Positions 27,774 through 38,352 of a DNA stretch of 64,000 bases are shown here, piece by piece. The translations under genes were made by a program, and so were the position numbers. The notes under the pieces were generated by a model. It saw only the letters and a program-made list of their open reading frames with translations. It made no database searches and had not been told where the DNA came from. The DNA is taken from assembly GCF_902766885.1 (NCBI RefSeq), contig NZ_CACXFS010000036.1. One strand, written 5' to 3'. Numbering within the stretch: position 1 is the stretch's first letter; the number at the start of each line of letters is the position of its first letter. This stretch comes from an uncultured Ruminococcus sp. (lineage in GTDB: Bacteria > Bacillota > Clostridia > Oscillospirales > Acutalibacteraceae).

Positions 27774-29456
27774 ATGAAAAATACAGGAACCAAAAATAAA
27801 AATTCAACGAAGAAAAGCACTGACGGCAAAAAAGCTACCGTTAAAACAATCAGCAGACAAAATACATTTGAATATGTAATTGTAAATATTATCTGTCTGT
27901 TTTTGTTTGTTGCATTCGGATACATAGCAATTATGAGTTTCTTGCAGACAAGCGTCTTTGACGAAGCCGCTTATTCAAGTGAAAAAATCCTTTATGAAAT
28001 GGATAATATTGCACTGAACATTTTCTGCACAGCTGTTTTTACAGTTTTTGTGTTTAAAATGAAAAAACACTACGACTTCTTTGCAAAAGTTGATTTACGT
28101 TTTATGGAAGTCGGTCTTGTAATTTACACAATTCTGCTCGGTTTGATATGGATTTTTTCCGTTGCTTCAATCCCTGCGGCTGACAGCCAGAATGTATTTG
28201 AAACAGCAACAGAGGCAACTGTCGGTGATTATTCTTCAATAAACGGCAACGGAGATTTTTATAACAGCGCATACTATAACAATTACGCTTACTACAACTT
28301 CTATCCTTTCCAGCTTGGATTTGTGTTTATCAGCGAGATAATTTACAGAATTTTCGGCACTTCAAGCTCTATGCCCGTTCAGGTGCTGAATGTAATCTGC
28401 GTAGCTCTTGCGTATCTTGGCATTGCAAAAATCACTAAGCATATTTTCAAAAGACGTTCGATTGAATTTATCACAATTCTTCTGCTTGCCGGTTGTTTTC
28501 AGCCGATGCTTTTCTGTACCTTCGTTTACGGCAATATTATCGGAATGTGCTGTGCAATCTGGGCAAGCTACTTTTTGATAAGATATTTTCAGACTTCAAA
28601 ATATATACTTCTTCTCCCCTGTGCAGGACTTCTTGTTCTGGCTACAATGGCAAAATACAATAATATGATTTACCTTGTTGCATTTGTGATTATGCTGATA
28701 GTTCACACGGTAAAGGAGAAAAAGTGGCAGAGCATTGCATTTGCGCTTGCACTCTGCGTTGCAACCGTAGGTATAAGTAATCTGATTATTATAAGCTATG
28801 AAAGCAGAGCAAATACTGACCTAGCCGACGGTGTGTCGCAGGCAATGTACCTTGATATGGGACTTAATGATTCATATATGGCTCCCGGTTGGTACAACGG
28901 TCTTGCACTTGAAACGTATAAAAGCAGTAACCTTGACAACAAAGTTGCCGACCAGAGAGCATGGAGCGACATTAAAAACAGATTAAATGTGTTCGGAAGC
29001 AATCCTGAATATGCAATTGACTTCTTTGGCAAGAAAATTGTAAGCCAGTGGAACGAGCCTACCTTTGAAAGTATCTGGGTAAGCGAGGTTAAGTCACATA
29101 GTTACAATGTCAATTCTATCGGCAACGGTATGTATAACGGAAGTTTAGGACAGTTCTTTGAATTGTATTTCAACCTTTATATACAAATTCTGTATATTCT
29201 GTTTGTAATAGGAATTTACTGTTTATTCCTTAAACGAAAGACTAACATTGAAACAGCGTTGCTTTTGCTTGTTATTTTGGGAGGATTCGGATATCATCTT
29301 CTTTTTGAAGGAAAATCTCAGTATATTCTGACATATATTCCCCTTCTGATTCCGACTGCGGCATTCGGAATGAATACAATACTCGAAGGCAAATTTACAA
29401 AGGTTAAAGAAATTGTCGGAAAGCTAAAAGCGATTCCCGAAACGAAAAATGCATAA
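27774..29456 (+). CDS. Polytopic membrane protein, possibly a GT-C (ArnT/PMT-like) glycosyltransferase
   Basis: About 560 aa with 11 or more TM helices and a soluble loop near the C-terminal third. No diagnostic motif was recognised. Confidence for the functional call is low, although the gene itself is convincing. Confidence 0.35.
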   Translation: MKNTGTKNKNSTKKSTDGKKATVKTISRQNTFEYVIVNIICLFLFVAFGYIAIMSFLQTSVFDEAAYSSEKILYEMDNIALNIFCTAVFTVFVFKMKKHYDFFAKVDLRFMEVGLVIYTILLGLIWIFSVASIPAADSQNVFETATEATVGDYSSINGNGDFYNSAYYNNYAYYNFYPFQLGFVFISEIIYRIFGTSSSMPVQVLNVICVALAYLGIAKITKHIFKRRSIEFITILLLAGCFQPMLFCTFVYGNIIGMCCAIWASYFLIRYFQTSKYILLLPCAGLLVLATMAKYNNMIYLVAFVIMLIVHTVKEKKWQSIAFALALCVATVGISNLIIISYESRANTDLADGVSQAMYLDMGLNDSYMAPGWYNGLALETYKSSNLDNKVADQRAWSDIKNRLNVFGSNPEYAIDFFGKKIVSQWNEPTFESIWVSEVKSHSYNVNSIGNGMYNGSLGQFFELYFNLYIQILYILFVIGIYCLFLKRKTNIETALLLLVILGGFGYHLLFEGKSQYILTYIPLLIPTAAFGMNTILEGKFTKVKEIVGKLKAIPETKNA

Positions 29457-29544
29457 GTCGAGTACCTCGACAAGTAATTTGAGCAGGCAGCTTGATGTTA
29501 TCAGAACTTCTTTGACAGACTGTTTCTAAACAATTTCTATAAAT

Positions 29545-29592
29545 TAAAAAAAGGCTGTAATGTGTATCAGTAAAAACATACACATTACAGCC
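29545..29592 (-). terminator. Strong hairpin terminator closing the PqqD-peptidase-NTase operon
   Basis: 15-bp perfect stem ggctgtaatgtgtat / atacacattacagcc. On the minus strand it is followed by ttttttt. Confidence 0.65.
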
Positions 29593-29597
29593 TATAT

Positions 29598-30818
29598 TTA
29601 TTCAAAATCGTCGAAACCTGTTTCAATAAGTAAGCCTTTAAAATATTCAACATCATCGTCGGTGTAAGAGAATCGGTTTTTAATTCCGTTCTTTACATTG
29701 ACGTTTTTATCTATAAAAAATCTTCTGAACCACATTTGAACCCAAGAAACCGGAAGTAAAAACGGAAAACTGTTCAGATACGAATAATTTACCGACATAG
29801 AATTTTTATTTGGAAATACGCTACTTAAAAAATAAGAAAACTTCGACTTGCTTTTGCCCTCTTTCTCTACCGATTTAATCATCTTATGCGAGCCTATCAT
29901 AACGCCTGCATCAATTCTGCCGAGCCTTGCGCTCAGAAGAATGAATACTTCTAAATCGTCAAAGGTAATCTTTTGTTTGTCGGGAGAAAACCAATTGAAA
30001 GCAATTTCCCTTATACGCTTTTCGAAAGTTTCCAGTTTAAACAGTCTGAGTTTATCACTTAAATAATCAAGGTCAAAATCATCTTTATGATTGCGGTAAT
30101 ATACGTAGGTATCAAGCAACATTCTGATACTCAAACCACCCATTCTGAAATGATTGGAATTATGGACAAGCATATACAAATAGTGGTCTTCAAGGCTTAA
30201 TTCATACGAATATTCATATCCGTCACGTTTTATTGATTTGTCGATTATGTCAACAAGGTAGGGATAATAACTTTCCCATTCGTGAACAAGAGTTGCATGC
30301 ATTTCAATATACATATATGGTTTTTTCTTAAAGTGGTACTGATTATCGTCGTAATGTAAAAATTCATAACCAAGCTCTGAAAAAGCTTTTTTTACCAAAT
30401 CAATCTGATTTCTGTTAAAAAGAATGTCATAATCGCTTATTGAACGGTAATCGGAACGAGGATATTCATTTTTAATAAAATAGCCTTTGAGAGGAACATT
30501 TTTGATTTTATACTTATCAAAGGCAGAAAGCACCTTTTCAATCTCATAACCGTGATTACTGTCAATTAAAATTTCAGCGTTAATATTCTCTTTCAGAATT
30601 TTAATTATATCTTGATTCGGAAGATATTCTTTAGGAAGTGTTAAAACAGTATTTGCAAAAGCCGCATCAAGTCCGCAGATTTTTGAAATGTTAAACAGTC
30701 TGAGCCAGTTTATACCCTCATAAGGAATAGGAGCAGGAGTTTCATTTACGGCAGAGGAGAAAACGCTGATAAGATAGGAATATTCTTTTTTCTCAATATC
30801 ATTCAACTGTTTTTTCAT
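29598..30818 (-). CDS. NTP_transf_5-like (Pol-beta superfamily) nucleotidyltransferase family protein
   Basis: ORF 29598-30917 trimmed to MKKQLNDIEKK (406 aa). The NTase-fold pattern PLKGYFIKNEYPRSDYRSISDYDILF (G..DxD) and the overall size resemble the uncharacterised nucleotidyltransferases found beside PqqD genes in RiPP loci. The start overlaps the upstream stop by 20 nt. Confidence 0.55.
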   Translation of the reverse strand: MKKQLNDIEKKEYSYLISVFSSAVNETPAPIPYEGINWLRLFNISKICGLDAAFANTVLTLPKEYLPNQDIIKILKENINAEILIDSNHGYEIEKVLSAFDKYKIKNVPLKGYFIKNEYPRSDYRSISDYDILFNRNQIDLVKKAFSELGYEFLHYDDNQYHFKKKPYMYIEMHATLVHEWESYYPYLVDIIDKSIKRDGYEYSYELSLEDHYLYMLVHNSNHFRMGGLSIRMLLDTYVYYRNHKDDFDLDYLSDKLRLFKLETFEKRIREIAFNWFSPDKQKITFDDLEVFILLSARLGRIDAGVMIGSHKMIKSVEKEGKSKSKFSYFLSSVFPNKNSMSVNYSYLNSFPFLLPVSWVQMWFRRFFIDKNVNVKNGIKNRFSYTDDDVEYFKGLLIETGFDDFE

Positions 30819-31290
30819 CTGATTTTTTATTTCCTTTTCCGAATAATTTTGAAACTTTATTTGTACCGAAACGATAAGAATGTCTGAAAAAACGGGTATA
30901 GAACCAGAAATTGACATAAAGTCTGTAGCTGAAAGAGTTTACGCTGTATGCCTTTCCTTTGCGGTAAAAAGCTGTTACAACGCCTATGATATCGCTGTCC
31001 TTTATTCCGTGCTCTAATACAAACTGATTATCACCGCAAAGCACATAGCTTCCGTCAGCGTCAAAGTTTACAATTCTGTGGAGAACGTAAGACCCGTTAC
31101 TCCTTTTATAAAACGGAATATCAAAAAGATGCAGTCTGCCGTCTGGCTTTGAGAGTACAACAACGTCTTCACCGTCACGCAGCATCGGAAGCATACTTTT
31201 TCCTTTAGCAGAAAATGTCACCGTGCCTCCGCTGTTTAGTTTTTCAACCATTATATCTATTACGTCATCAATTGCGACTTCTTTACTCAA
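30799..31290 (-). CDS. S24/S26-like serine peptidase
   Basis: 163 aa with nucleophile motif GKSMLPMLRDGD and LexA/signal-peptidase-like beta strands (VVVLSKP, YVLHRIV, VLCGDN). The start overlaps the PqqD stop by 8 nt. Confidence 0.6.
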   Translation of the reverse strand: MSKEVAIDDVIDIMVEKLNSGGTVTFSAKGKSMLPMLRDGEDVVVLSKPDGRLHLFDIPFYKRSNGSYVLHRIVNFDADGSYVLCGDNQFVLEHGIKDSDIIGVVTAFYRKGKAYSVNSFSYRLYVNFWFYTRFFRHSYRFGTNKVSKLFGKGNKKSDEKTVE

Positions 31291-31546
31291 GAATATCAGC
31301 GCCCTTTACCTTTTCTATGAACAAATCAATATCCTTTTCAGCCTTTTGCTCGGTTACTTCATATTCATCAAGCATTTTACTGATAAGTTCTTCCCTGTTT
31401 GCTCCGTTCTGCATAAGATTAAAAAGGAATGCACCTGTTTCATTGAGGTTGATAATACCGTTAAAGTCAAGCGACATATTATTTACGGGTACTACAACGT
31501 AGGAATCAGCAACCTTGCGCAAAATAAAATCTTCCTTTATCTTCAT
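31283..31546 (-). CDS. PqqD-family protein (RiPP recognition element-like)
   Basis: ORF 31283-31618 trimmed to MKIKEDFILRKV (87 aa, AGGTGG 5 nt upstream). The PqqD pattern is ..VVVP....LNETGAFLFNLMQNGANREELISKMLDEYEV..EKAEKDIDLFIEKV. Confidence 0.7.
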   Translation of the reverse strand: MKIKEDFILRKVADSYVVVPVNNMSLDFNGIINLNETGAFLFNLMQNGANREELISKMLDEYEVTEQKAEKDIDLFIEKVKGADILE

Positions 31547-31583
31547 AAAACCACCTGCTATATACGAATATTCTATGCAATCT

Positions 31584-31612
31584 ATTATAATATACAGCAA
31601 TAAAAAAAGCAA
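31584..31612 (-). promoter_or_regulatory. Candidate sigma-A promoter of the PqqD operon (TTGCTT-17 nt-TATAAT)
   Basis: The minus strand reads ttgctt tttttattgctgtatat tataat. The -35 element overlaps the descending arm of the upstream terminator. Confidence 0.5.
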
Positions 31613-31639
31613 GGGCATTGCAGTTTTGCAACACCCTTG
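31602..31639 (-). terminator. Rho-independent terminator of the 213-aa dockerin protein gene
   Basis: The minus strand reads caagggtgttgca-aaac-tgcaatgcccttg followed by cttttttt. Confidence 0.6.
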
Positions 31640-31656
31640 ATTATTTTAAATAATAA

Positions 31657-32298
31657 TTATCCTTCAACAAGCATTTTGTTTAAAGCTGTTGCATCTGTTA
31701 TATCTACAAAACCGTCACCGTTAATATCAATTACCGTTTTATATTCAAAAACAAATTTTCTATCACTTTCAATGCCTGCAATATATTTCTGAATTTCAGT
31801 TGCATCCTTTACGCTGAGTATCCCGTCACTGTCTGCATCACCGAATAATGAAATACGAGAAAATGTCTTGTCGTTGGATTTCATTACCTTATAAAATTTA
31901 TCCATTTCAACTACGTTATTTGCATATGCATCATTAATTATGGAAACACCGTCTTCAGTAGCAATAAAGTATATTCCTTCTTCGTCGCCGCCTGTAATTC
32001 CCGGACTATATAAAATATAGTCGCCAAATACATTTACACATACCATATCACTAATAAAACCATACCAGCATAAAACATCAAATCTTGTGCCGTCGCTGTT
32101 TTCACCGGTTCCTATATAGGTGTACTTATACTGAGTATTTATATCCTGATATACAACAGTACCATCACCAGTGGTATATTTTGTAAAATAGTCGTATTCA
32201 TCAATTCCGGCAGCAAAAGCAGAAAAACACATTACGCTAGTAAGCAAAACAAAAGAAACTAAAACTGAAACTGCACGTTTAAAAAACAATCTTTTCAT
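31657..32298 (-). CDS. Secreted dockerin-containing protein of unknown function
   Basis: 213 aa with a signal peptide (MKRLFFKRAVSVLVSFVLLTSVMCFSAFA) and a ~130-aa unknown domain. The C-terminal dockerin is GDADSDGILSVKDATEIQKYI / DINGDGFVDITDATALNKML. Confidence 0.7.
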   Translation of the reverse strand: MKRLFFKRAVSVLVSFVLLTSVMCFSAFAAGIDEYDYFTKYTTGDGTVVYQDINTQYKYTYIGTGENSDGTRFDVLCWYGFISDMVCVNVFGDYILYSPGITGGDEEGIYFIATEDGVSIINDAYANNVVEMDKFYKVMKSNDKTFSRISLFGDADSDGILSVKDATEIQKYIAGIESDRKFVFEYKTVIDINGDGFVDITDATALNKMLVEG

Positions 32299-32430
32299 AA
32301 AAATTCCTCCTTAAAAAATTAATTAAATAAAATATACCAAAATAATATATATATTTATTTAATTTAATTATAGCGATATTACTATATATTGTCAAGTAAT
32401 CAGTGAATTTTTATTAATTATGTTTTAACA

Positions 32431-32468
32431 CAAAAAACAACAGACTGCCGGAATTGACAGTCTGTTGT
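32431..32468 (-). terminator. groEL terminator
   Basis: The minus strand reads acaacagactg-tcaattccgg-cagtctgttgt followed by tttttg. Confidence 0.65.
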
Positions 32469-32496
32469 ATAAAACTTCAATAAATAAATTATTTAA

Positions 32497-34131
<1,635 letters not shown>

Positions 34132-34158
34132 TTACCTCCGATATAATATATTATACGA

Positions 34159-34476
<318 letters not shown>

Positions 34477-34481
34477 TTATT

Positions 34482-34508
34482 TTAGCACTCTCACTTCCTG
34501 AGTGCTAA
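34482..34508 (-). promoter_or_regulatory. CIRCE operator (HrcA binding site)
   Basis: Perfect TTAGCACTC-N9-GAGTGCTAA, located 39 nt upstream of the groES start. Confidence 0.9.
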
Positions 34509-34512
34509 TTAT

Positions 34513-34540
34513 ATTTTATACCATTTTTTTGAAATGTCAA
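34513..34540 (-). promoter_or_regulatory. Candidate sigma-A promoter of groESL (TTGACA-16 nt-TAAAAT)
   Basis: The minus strand reads ttgaca tttcaaaaaaatggta taaaat, immediately upstream of CIRCE. Confidence 0.5.
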
Positions 34541-34793
34541 GAGGAATTTGACTATTTTTGACCTTTATTTTTATATACATTATTTTTTTAATGTGCATAC
34601 AATTAGTTTTCTTACAGTAAGTTAAATAAAAGGCCGATTTATCAGCGATTATAAATGCGTATAAATATAGATTTTATACAAATTATTTCCCACTTAAGTT
34701 TCTAATGTTGTTAATATTACAAAATTACATTGACATTAATTTAAAAATATATTATTATTTATTCATAAATATAATTTTCAGGAGAAATATGTT

Positions 34794-35267
34794 ATGATAA
34801 TAAAAAAGATACTTTCAAAATTATTATGTGCTGCTGTAATTGCAACTATGTGTATTGCGGCAACAGCTTGTTCATCATCAAATTCTTCTTCAGCAGAATC
34901 CAAGGTTTCAGCTGACGGCTATGAGCTTCCTTACGAATACAGCGACGGCTACACAGCAAAGCTTAAAACAACCGACGAAACAACTTATCTTGTTACATCA
35001 ACCGATTTAATCGGAAATAAGGTCGTTCAATTCAAAACTGACAAGAGTGAAGAAGAAGTAAAAAAATATTATGATGATTACTTTGATACGCTTGAAGAAG
35101 TCAAGCTTAAAAACGAAAAAGATAAAACGCCCGGCTATTTTGACAAGGATAAAAGACTTATTATGTATAATCTCGTAGTCTGGACTGCAGACGGCAAGAC
35201 TAATTATCAATTAAGCTGTGAAGCCTGCGACAACCTTTCAGACAGTGAAAACTGGGAAGCAAAATAA
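34794..35267 (+). CDS. Hypothetical lipoprotein
   Basis: 157 aa with signal peptide and lipobox IAATAC-SSS. No family was recognised. Confidence 0.6.
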   Translation: MIIKKILSKLLCAAVIATMCIAATACSSSNSSSAESKVSADGYELPYEYSDGYTAKLKTTDETTYLVTSTDLIGNKVVQFKTDKSEEEVKKYYDDYFDTLEEVKLKNEKDKTPGYFDKDKRLIMYNLVVWTADGKTNYQLSCEACDNLSDSENWEAK

Positions 35268-35283
35268 ATTACATACAAATATT

Positions 35284-35319
35284 AAAGCGGTCGAATAAAT
35301 CGACCGCTTTTGTTGTTTT
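35284..35319. terminator. Bidirectional hairpin terminator
   Basis: aaagcggtcga-ataaa-tcgaccgcttt followed by tgttgtttt. Confidence 0.6.
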
Positions 35320-35320
35320 A

Positions 35321-36121
35321 TTAATCTGTGCTTAACAACATTCTGTCATTTTCAAGCTTTGAACCACTTACCTGTTCGAATTTCTGCAACAGATGCTCAA
35401 CAGTGAGCTTTTTCTTCTCTTCACCGGAAATATCAAGAATAATTTTACCCTCGTTCATCATAATAAGACGATTTCCGTGAGTGATTGCATCGTGCATATT
35501 ATGAGTAATCATCATCGCAGTCAAGCCTTCATTGCTGATGATTTTGTCGGAAAGGTCAAGTACCTTTGCAGCTGTAGCAGGGTCAAGAGCTGCGGTATGT
35601 TCATCAAGCAAAAGTAGTTTTGGAGTTCTCAAAGACGCCATAAGAAGTGTAAGAGCCTGTCTCTGACCGCCCGAAAGCAAACCGACTTTTGTTGTCATTC
35701 TGTCTTCAAGTCCGAGACCGAGTGTTGACAGCTTTTCACGGAACATTGCCTTTTCAGCTGAGGTTGTGCCCCATCTCAAAGTTCTGCTTTTACCGCGTCT
35801 GTATGCTAATGCAAGATTTTCTACAATCTGCATATCGGGTGCAGTACCCATCATCGGATCCTGAAAGACTCTGCCGATATACTTTGCCCTTTTGTGCTCC
35901 TTTAAACCGGTGATATTGACTCCGTCAAGGTAGATACTTCCGTTATCAACAGGCCAGACGCCTGTTATTGCGTTCATAAGAGTTGACTTGCCGGCACCGT
36001 TACCACCGATTATTGTTACAAAATCACCCTTATTAAGGTGGAGCGAAACTCCCGTTAAAGCCTTTTTCTCATTTATTGTACCGGGGTTAAAAGTTTTTTC
36101 GATTTTATTAATTTTCAGCAT
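35321..36121 (-). CDS. ABC transporter ATP-binding protein (COG1101-type)
   Basis: Walker A GGNGAGKST, signature LSGGQRQAL and Walker B LLLLDEH. Confidence 0.88.
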   Translation of the reverse strand: MLKINKIEKTFNPGTINEKKALTGVSLHLNKGDFVTIIGGNGAGKSTLMNAITGVWPVDNGSIYLDGVNITGLKEHKRAKYIGRVFQDPMMGTAPDMQIVENLALAYRRGKSRTLRWGTTSAEKAMFREKLSTLGLGLEDRMTTKVGLLSGGQRQALTLLMASLRTPKLLLLDEHTAALDPATAAKVLDLSDKIISNEGLTAMMITHNMHDAITHGNRLIMMNEGKIILDISGEEKKKLTVEHLLQKFEQVSGSKLENDRMLLSTD

Positions 36122-37073
36122 CTAACTTTTCCCCTCTCTTTTTTGCAAGTTTAAACGAGCTTTTTTTCTGTCCTTTAAGGTATGGTACTGCAAGGAACAG
36201 TGCAACTATTACGGCGGTAAACAGTTTCAAGTCGTTTGAGTCGAGCTTCAGCCAGAGAACTATTGAAATTACAATGTAGTAAACTACTCCGCCGAGAACA
36301 ACAAACGTAAGCTTTCCCCAGAAATTGAGGTGTTTGCCAAGAAGTGCAAGACCGATTACCTCGCCGATAATTACAGCTGCAAGACCGATTACGATTGCAC
36401 CTCTGCCCATATTGATGTCAACATATCCCTGGAACTGTGACATAAGTCCGCCCGAAAGAGCAACAAGGGCATTTGAAAGTGCAAGACCGATTATTTTCAT
36501 ATTATTAATGTTAATTCCCTGAGCACTGCTCATAGAATGGTTACTGCCAGTAGCACGCAGTGCAGAGCCTTGTTCTGTTCCGAAATACCAGTAAAGGAGC
36601 AGAATTATTGCAACAGCAAAAACAGCCGTTACCAATATAGCCATAGGAACGTTACCGAGAGATACATACAAATCTGTTTCACCGAAGTTGAAAGATTTGT
36701 TTGCAGACATACCCATTATTCTGAGGTTTATTGAATATAATGCAAGCTGTGTGAGTATTCCCGAAAGAATTGCGGGAATACCGAGCTTTGTATGCAAAAG
36801 TCCTGTTACTGCGCCTGCGGCAAGACCTGCAAGCACGGCTATAAGCAGGCAAGACCACATAGGAAAGCCTGCAATTTTTAGCATTACGGTCACTGCACCG
36901 CCGGTTGTAAATGAGCCGTCAACAGTTAAGTCGGCTATGTCAAGTATTCTGAATGTTATGTAAACACCGAGCGCCATTATACCCCAGATTATTCCCTGGG
37001 CAATAGCGCCGGGCATACTTCCGAGAAGATTCATCGGATTTAATGATGCAAAATAAGAAAGTATAGATTCCAC
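36108..37073 (-). CDS. ABC transporter permease (COG4120-type)
   Basis: 321 aa with about 9 TM helices. Its stop overlaps the start of the ATPase gene. Confidence 0.8.
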   Translation of the reverse strand: MESILSYFASLNPMNLLGSMPGAIAQGIIWGIMALGVYITFRILDIADLTVDGSFTTGGAVTVMLKIAGFPMWSCLLIAVLAGLAAGAVTGLLHTKLGIPAILSGILTQLALYSINLRIMGMSANKSFNFGETDLYVSLGNVPMAILVTAVFAVAIILLLYWYFGTEQGSALRATGSNHSMSSAQGININNMKIIGLALSNALVALSGGLMSQFQGYVDINMGRGAIVIGLAAVIIGEVIGLALLGKHLNFWGKLTFVVLGGVVYYIVISIVLWLKLDSNDLKLFTAVIVALFLAVPYLKGQKKSSFKLAKKRGEKLDAEN

Positions 37074-37131
37074 AAGTATTATCCTTTATTTTTTATTTCT
37101 ATAATAAATATATCTCTATTAACACAATCAA

Positions 37132-37172
37132 GGGGCTGTCTCAAAGCACATTAATGCTTTGAGATAGTCCCC
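37132..37172. repeat. Intra-operon hairpin (GGGGCTGTCTCAAAGCA / TGCTTTGAGATAGTCCCC); second member of the GGCTGTCTCAAA hairpin family
   Basis: Read directly. It lies between the substrate-binding and permease genes. Confidence 0.6.
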
Positions 37173-37196
37173 GAAAATTTAATAAGGAATTATAAA

Positions 37197-38213
37197 TTAT
37201 TCAGCAGCAATTGCCTCGTAATCATCAGGCACTTCAATGCCGAGAGTTTTACAGATTTCTGCATTGTACTTCTTTGTGAATTTAGGAGCACTCTGGATTT
37301 CCATTGTGCTGATGTCAGCACCGTTTACGAGAATATCGTAAGCCATTTCGCCTGTTTTCTGACCAAGGTCATAGTAGCTGATTGAAAGTGTTGCAACACC
37401 GCAGCCTGCGCAGATGCCTTCTTCGCCTGCTACAATCGGGATTTTCTTCTCAAGTGCCACGTTATTGATTGCCTTTGTGCAGGAAGCGGCTGTGTTATCT
37501 GTAGGAATGTAGAGAACATCGCTTTCACTGCAAGCAGTTGTTGTTACGGAAGTAACGTCGTTTGAGTCAGAGAATGTGTATGTGTTTACTTCATAACCGT
37601 CTTTTTTGAAGTACTCGGTAATTGTATCAGCCTGATAAATTGAGTTAGGCTCACTTGAGCAGTAAACAATACCAACCTTTTTAGCGTCAGGGAAAAGCTC
37701 CTTGAGCATTTCTGCCTGTCCGTCAAGAGGAGCAAGGTCGGAAGTACCTGAAATGTTTGCGCCTGTTGTGCCTTTCCAGTCGCTGATATTAAGAGCTGTA
37801 GCATAGTCTGTAACTGATGTTCCGAGAATAGGAATGTCCTTTGTTGATGACATAGCTGCCTGAAGAGCAGGGGTTGCGTTTGCAAGAATCAAATCAACCT
37901 TGCTTGTAACAAACTGATTGCAGATTGTTGAGCAGGTAGCTGAGTCGCCTGCCGCATTTTTCTCATCAAATGTAACCTTATCTTCTCCGAGCAACTCAGT
38001 AAGCTTATCCTTAAAGCCCTTTGTTGCGGCATCAAGAGCATCGTGCTGTACGAGCTGACAGATACCGATGTTGTAAACCTTGTCGGCATCAGCCTTGCTT
38101 GAGTTGCCGGAAGCTTCGCTTGAAGAACCGGATGAACCGCCGCAGCCTACGAGTGCAAATGACATTGTAAGAGCTGCAAGTAAAACAGCCAATACTTTTT
38201 TAGACTTTTTCAT
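37197..38213 (-). CDS. ABC transporter substrate-binding lipoprotein (COG2984 / ABC_sub_bind-like)
   Basis: 338 aa with lipobox LVGC-GGS and a periplasmic-binding-protein type I pattern (IGICQLVQHDALD). The ligand is unknown. Confidence 0.72.
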   Translation of the reverse strand: MKKSKKVLAVLLAALTMSFALVGCGGSSGSSSEASGNSSKADADKVYNIGICQLVQHDALDAATKGFKDKLTELLGEDKVTFDEKNAAGDSATCSTICNQFVTSKVDLILANATPALQAAMSSTKDIPILGTSVTDYATALNISDWKGTTGANISGTSDLAPLDGQAEMLKELFPDAKKVGIVYCSSEPNSIYQADTITEYFKKDGYEVNTYTFSDSNDVTSVTTTACSESDVLYIPTDNTAASCTKAINNVALEKKIPIVAGEEGICAGCGVATLSISYYDLGQKTGEMAYDILVNGADISTMEIQSAPKFTKKYNAEICKTLGIEVPDDYEAIAAE

Positions 38214-38352
38214 AATTTTTCCTCCTAAACGCTTTTACACTTTTATGTGCTAAAGTGATTTTACAAATAGTATTATACAACATATTACGTTACTTTTCAA
38301 TAGTTTTGCTAATATTCATTAAATGTAAATAATTTGAAATAATAATTTTTGT

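Noticed and set aside
30819-30917. 33-aa N-terminal extension of the nucleotidyltransferase ORF
   Set aside because: It would overlap the peptidase gene by 119 nt. The internal start MKKQLN gives a 20-nt overlap typical of coupled genes.
31547-31618. 24-aa N-terminal extension of the PqqD ORF (MPLLFLLLYIIIDCIEYSYIAGGF), a tempting candidate precursor peptide or fusion
   Set aside because: Its ATG lies inside the stem of the upstream terminator and upstream of the predicted -35/-10 elements. The internal ATG at 31546 has a proper SD.
38214-38352. T-box or other leader upstream of the ABC substrate-binding gene
   Set aside because: The gap is only ~140 nt, AT-rich, with no specifier or T-box motif or terminator. 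It looks like a plain promoter region containing TGTTGTATAAT.
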